64,000 nt of DNA, taken from positions 83,606 to 147,605 of the forward strand of contig QPMI01000109.1 of assembly GCA_004431415.1 (NCBI GenBank). The letters are read 5' to 3'. The notes beneath the pieces are model-generated. The model ran no database searches. It was not told where the DNA came from and saw only the letters and a list, made by a program, of their open reading frames with translations. The position numbers and the translations under genes were made by a program. Position 1 is the first letter of the stretch. Each line of letters opens with the position of its first letter. Source of the stretch: Cyanophora paradoxa CCMP329 (lineage: Eukaryota; Plantae; Glaucophyta). This document shows, piece by piece, positions 63,305-64,000 of the stretch.

Positions 63305-63462
63305 CTCGATTCGTGTAGCCGTCGTAGAGGATCTGATGGTGAATTGAACACGTGTTTTTACCTGAATCACCTGAGCGCTCACCCGAGGTCAGCTGAAGTC
63401 GGGTGGGGCGCCTTAAATATTTTCTAGCGCTAGGCTGAAGCACACTCTAAGCTAACGCAAAC

Positions 63463-64000
63463 ATGGCCACCGTCCGCAACGCCAACGAGATCGACCCCGC
63501 CAAGCTCGCCTTCGAGATCGACGCCAACGGCCGCATCAGGCCAAGTACGACGGCCTGCAGGGCCTCATGATGTACGCGCCGCCCATGGTCACGATCAACC
63601 CGTGCATCAACACAGAGCAAGGCAAGGCGTGGAGCGACGAGAAGAAGGCCTTCGTCATGGAAGAAAACGGCGGATTTTACACGCTGGACCTCACCGATCT
63701 CAGCGCCGTCGACGGCCAGACGAACCCAGCCGCGGACGAGTTCCTCAAGCTGCTGGAGGCCCTGGACGCGAAATTCTGCGAGTTCGGGCAGCAGAACCAG
63801 GCCAAGCTCAAGGTCTCGCCGGCGCTCCCTCTCCAAGGATCAGATCTTCGGTGCTGCAGACGCCCAGCGTGCGCATCAAGGTCGACAAGGAGTCGGCCAG
63901 GCCTTCTACAAGTACCTCAACATGCGCATCCGCACCCAGACGATGGCGGGCAAGCGCAAGAACCGTGCCCGTCGTCGACATGTCCAACTACCTCATCACC
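63463..64000 (+). CDS. Probable viral single-stranded DNA-binding protein (OB-fold, DUF2738-like); frameshifted and partial
   Basis: MATVRNANEIDPAKLAF.../GFYTLDLTDL...DEFLKLLEALDAKFCEFGQQNQ...FYKYLNMRI; the FxxxLxxLDxx...N helix pattern resembles large-DNA-virus SSBs (recognised by eye). Confidence 0.5.

Larger units (their letters stand above)
49960..64000. mobile_element. Endogenous viral element (medium or large dsDNA virus-like), continues past the right edge
   Basis: Abrupt AT-rich junction, locally lower GC, dense and mostly intronless ORFs, YqaJ exonuclease, UL9-like helicase, SSB-like ORF, ORFans and its own repeat families. Left boundary approximate. Confidence 0.85.

Noticed and set aside
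49960-64000. Classification as Polinton/Maverick, virophage or Helitron
   Set aside because: No protein-primed PolB, retroviral integrase, capsid, HUH-Rep or Pif1 helicase motif recognised in the window; left unclassified.

Overview
Eukaryotic nuclear DNA from a very GC-rich alga or protist with many short (~55-75 nt) spliceosomal introns, frequently GC-AG. A glaucophyte such as Cyanophora is my inference, based on GC content, intron style and a Phe-bearing transit peptide. Most six-frame ORFs are shadow frames, so gene models were rebuilt by splicing by eye and their coordinates are approximate. Bases 1-~49.9 kb are host genes: a membrane-anchored TIR protein (runs off the left edge), HIR/SPFH, a mitochondrial carrier, FIBP, two tRNA-Trp(CCA) in an inverted duplication, an RWP-RK factor, three F-box genes, a PHD-containing ERCC6L/PICH-type SNF2 ATPase, nucleolin with a candidate intronic C/D snoRNA, a carboxylesterase, ADC synthase, a YhhQ-family transporter and pirin. 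From ~49.96 kb to the right edge the sequence changes to a compact, mostly intronless, virus-like element next to a truncated F-box gene. It encodes a YqaJ/lambda-type exonuclease, a herpes UL9-like origin-binding SF2 helicase, a probable viral SSB and many small membrane ORFans. Its cis-elements are six ~50-bp AT-centred palindromes around the helicase, a ~500-bp inverted repeat with TGACGTAAATGACG motifs, and a shared TTTTC(T/C)AA-like motif upstream of most start codons. I recognised no capsid, polymerase or integrase gene in the window.
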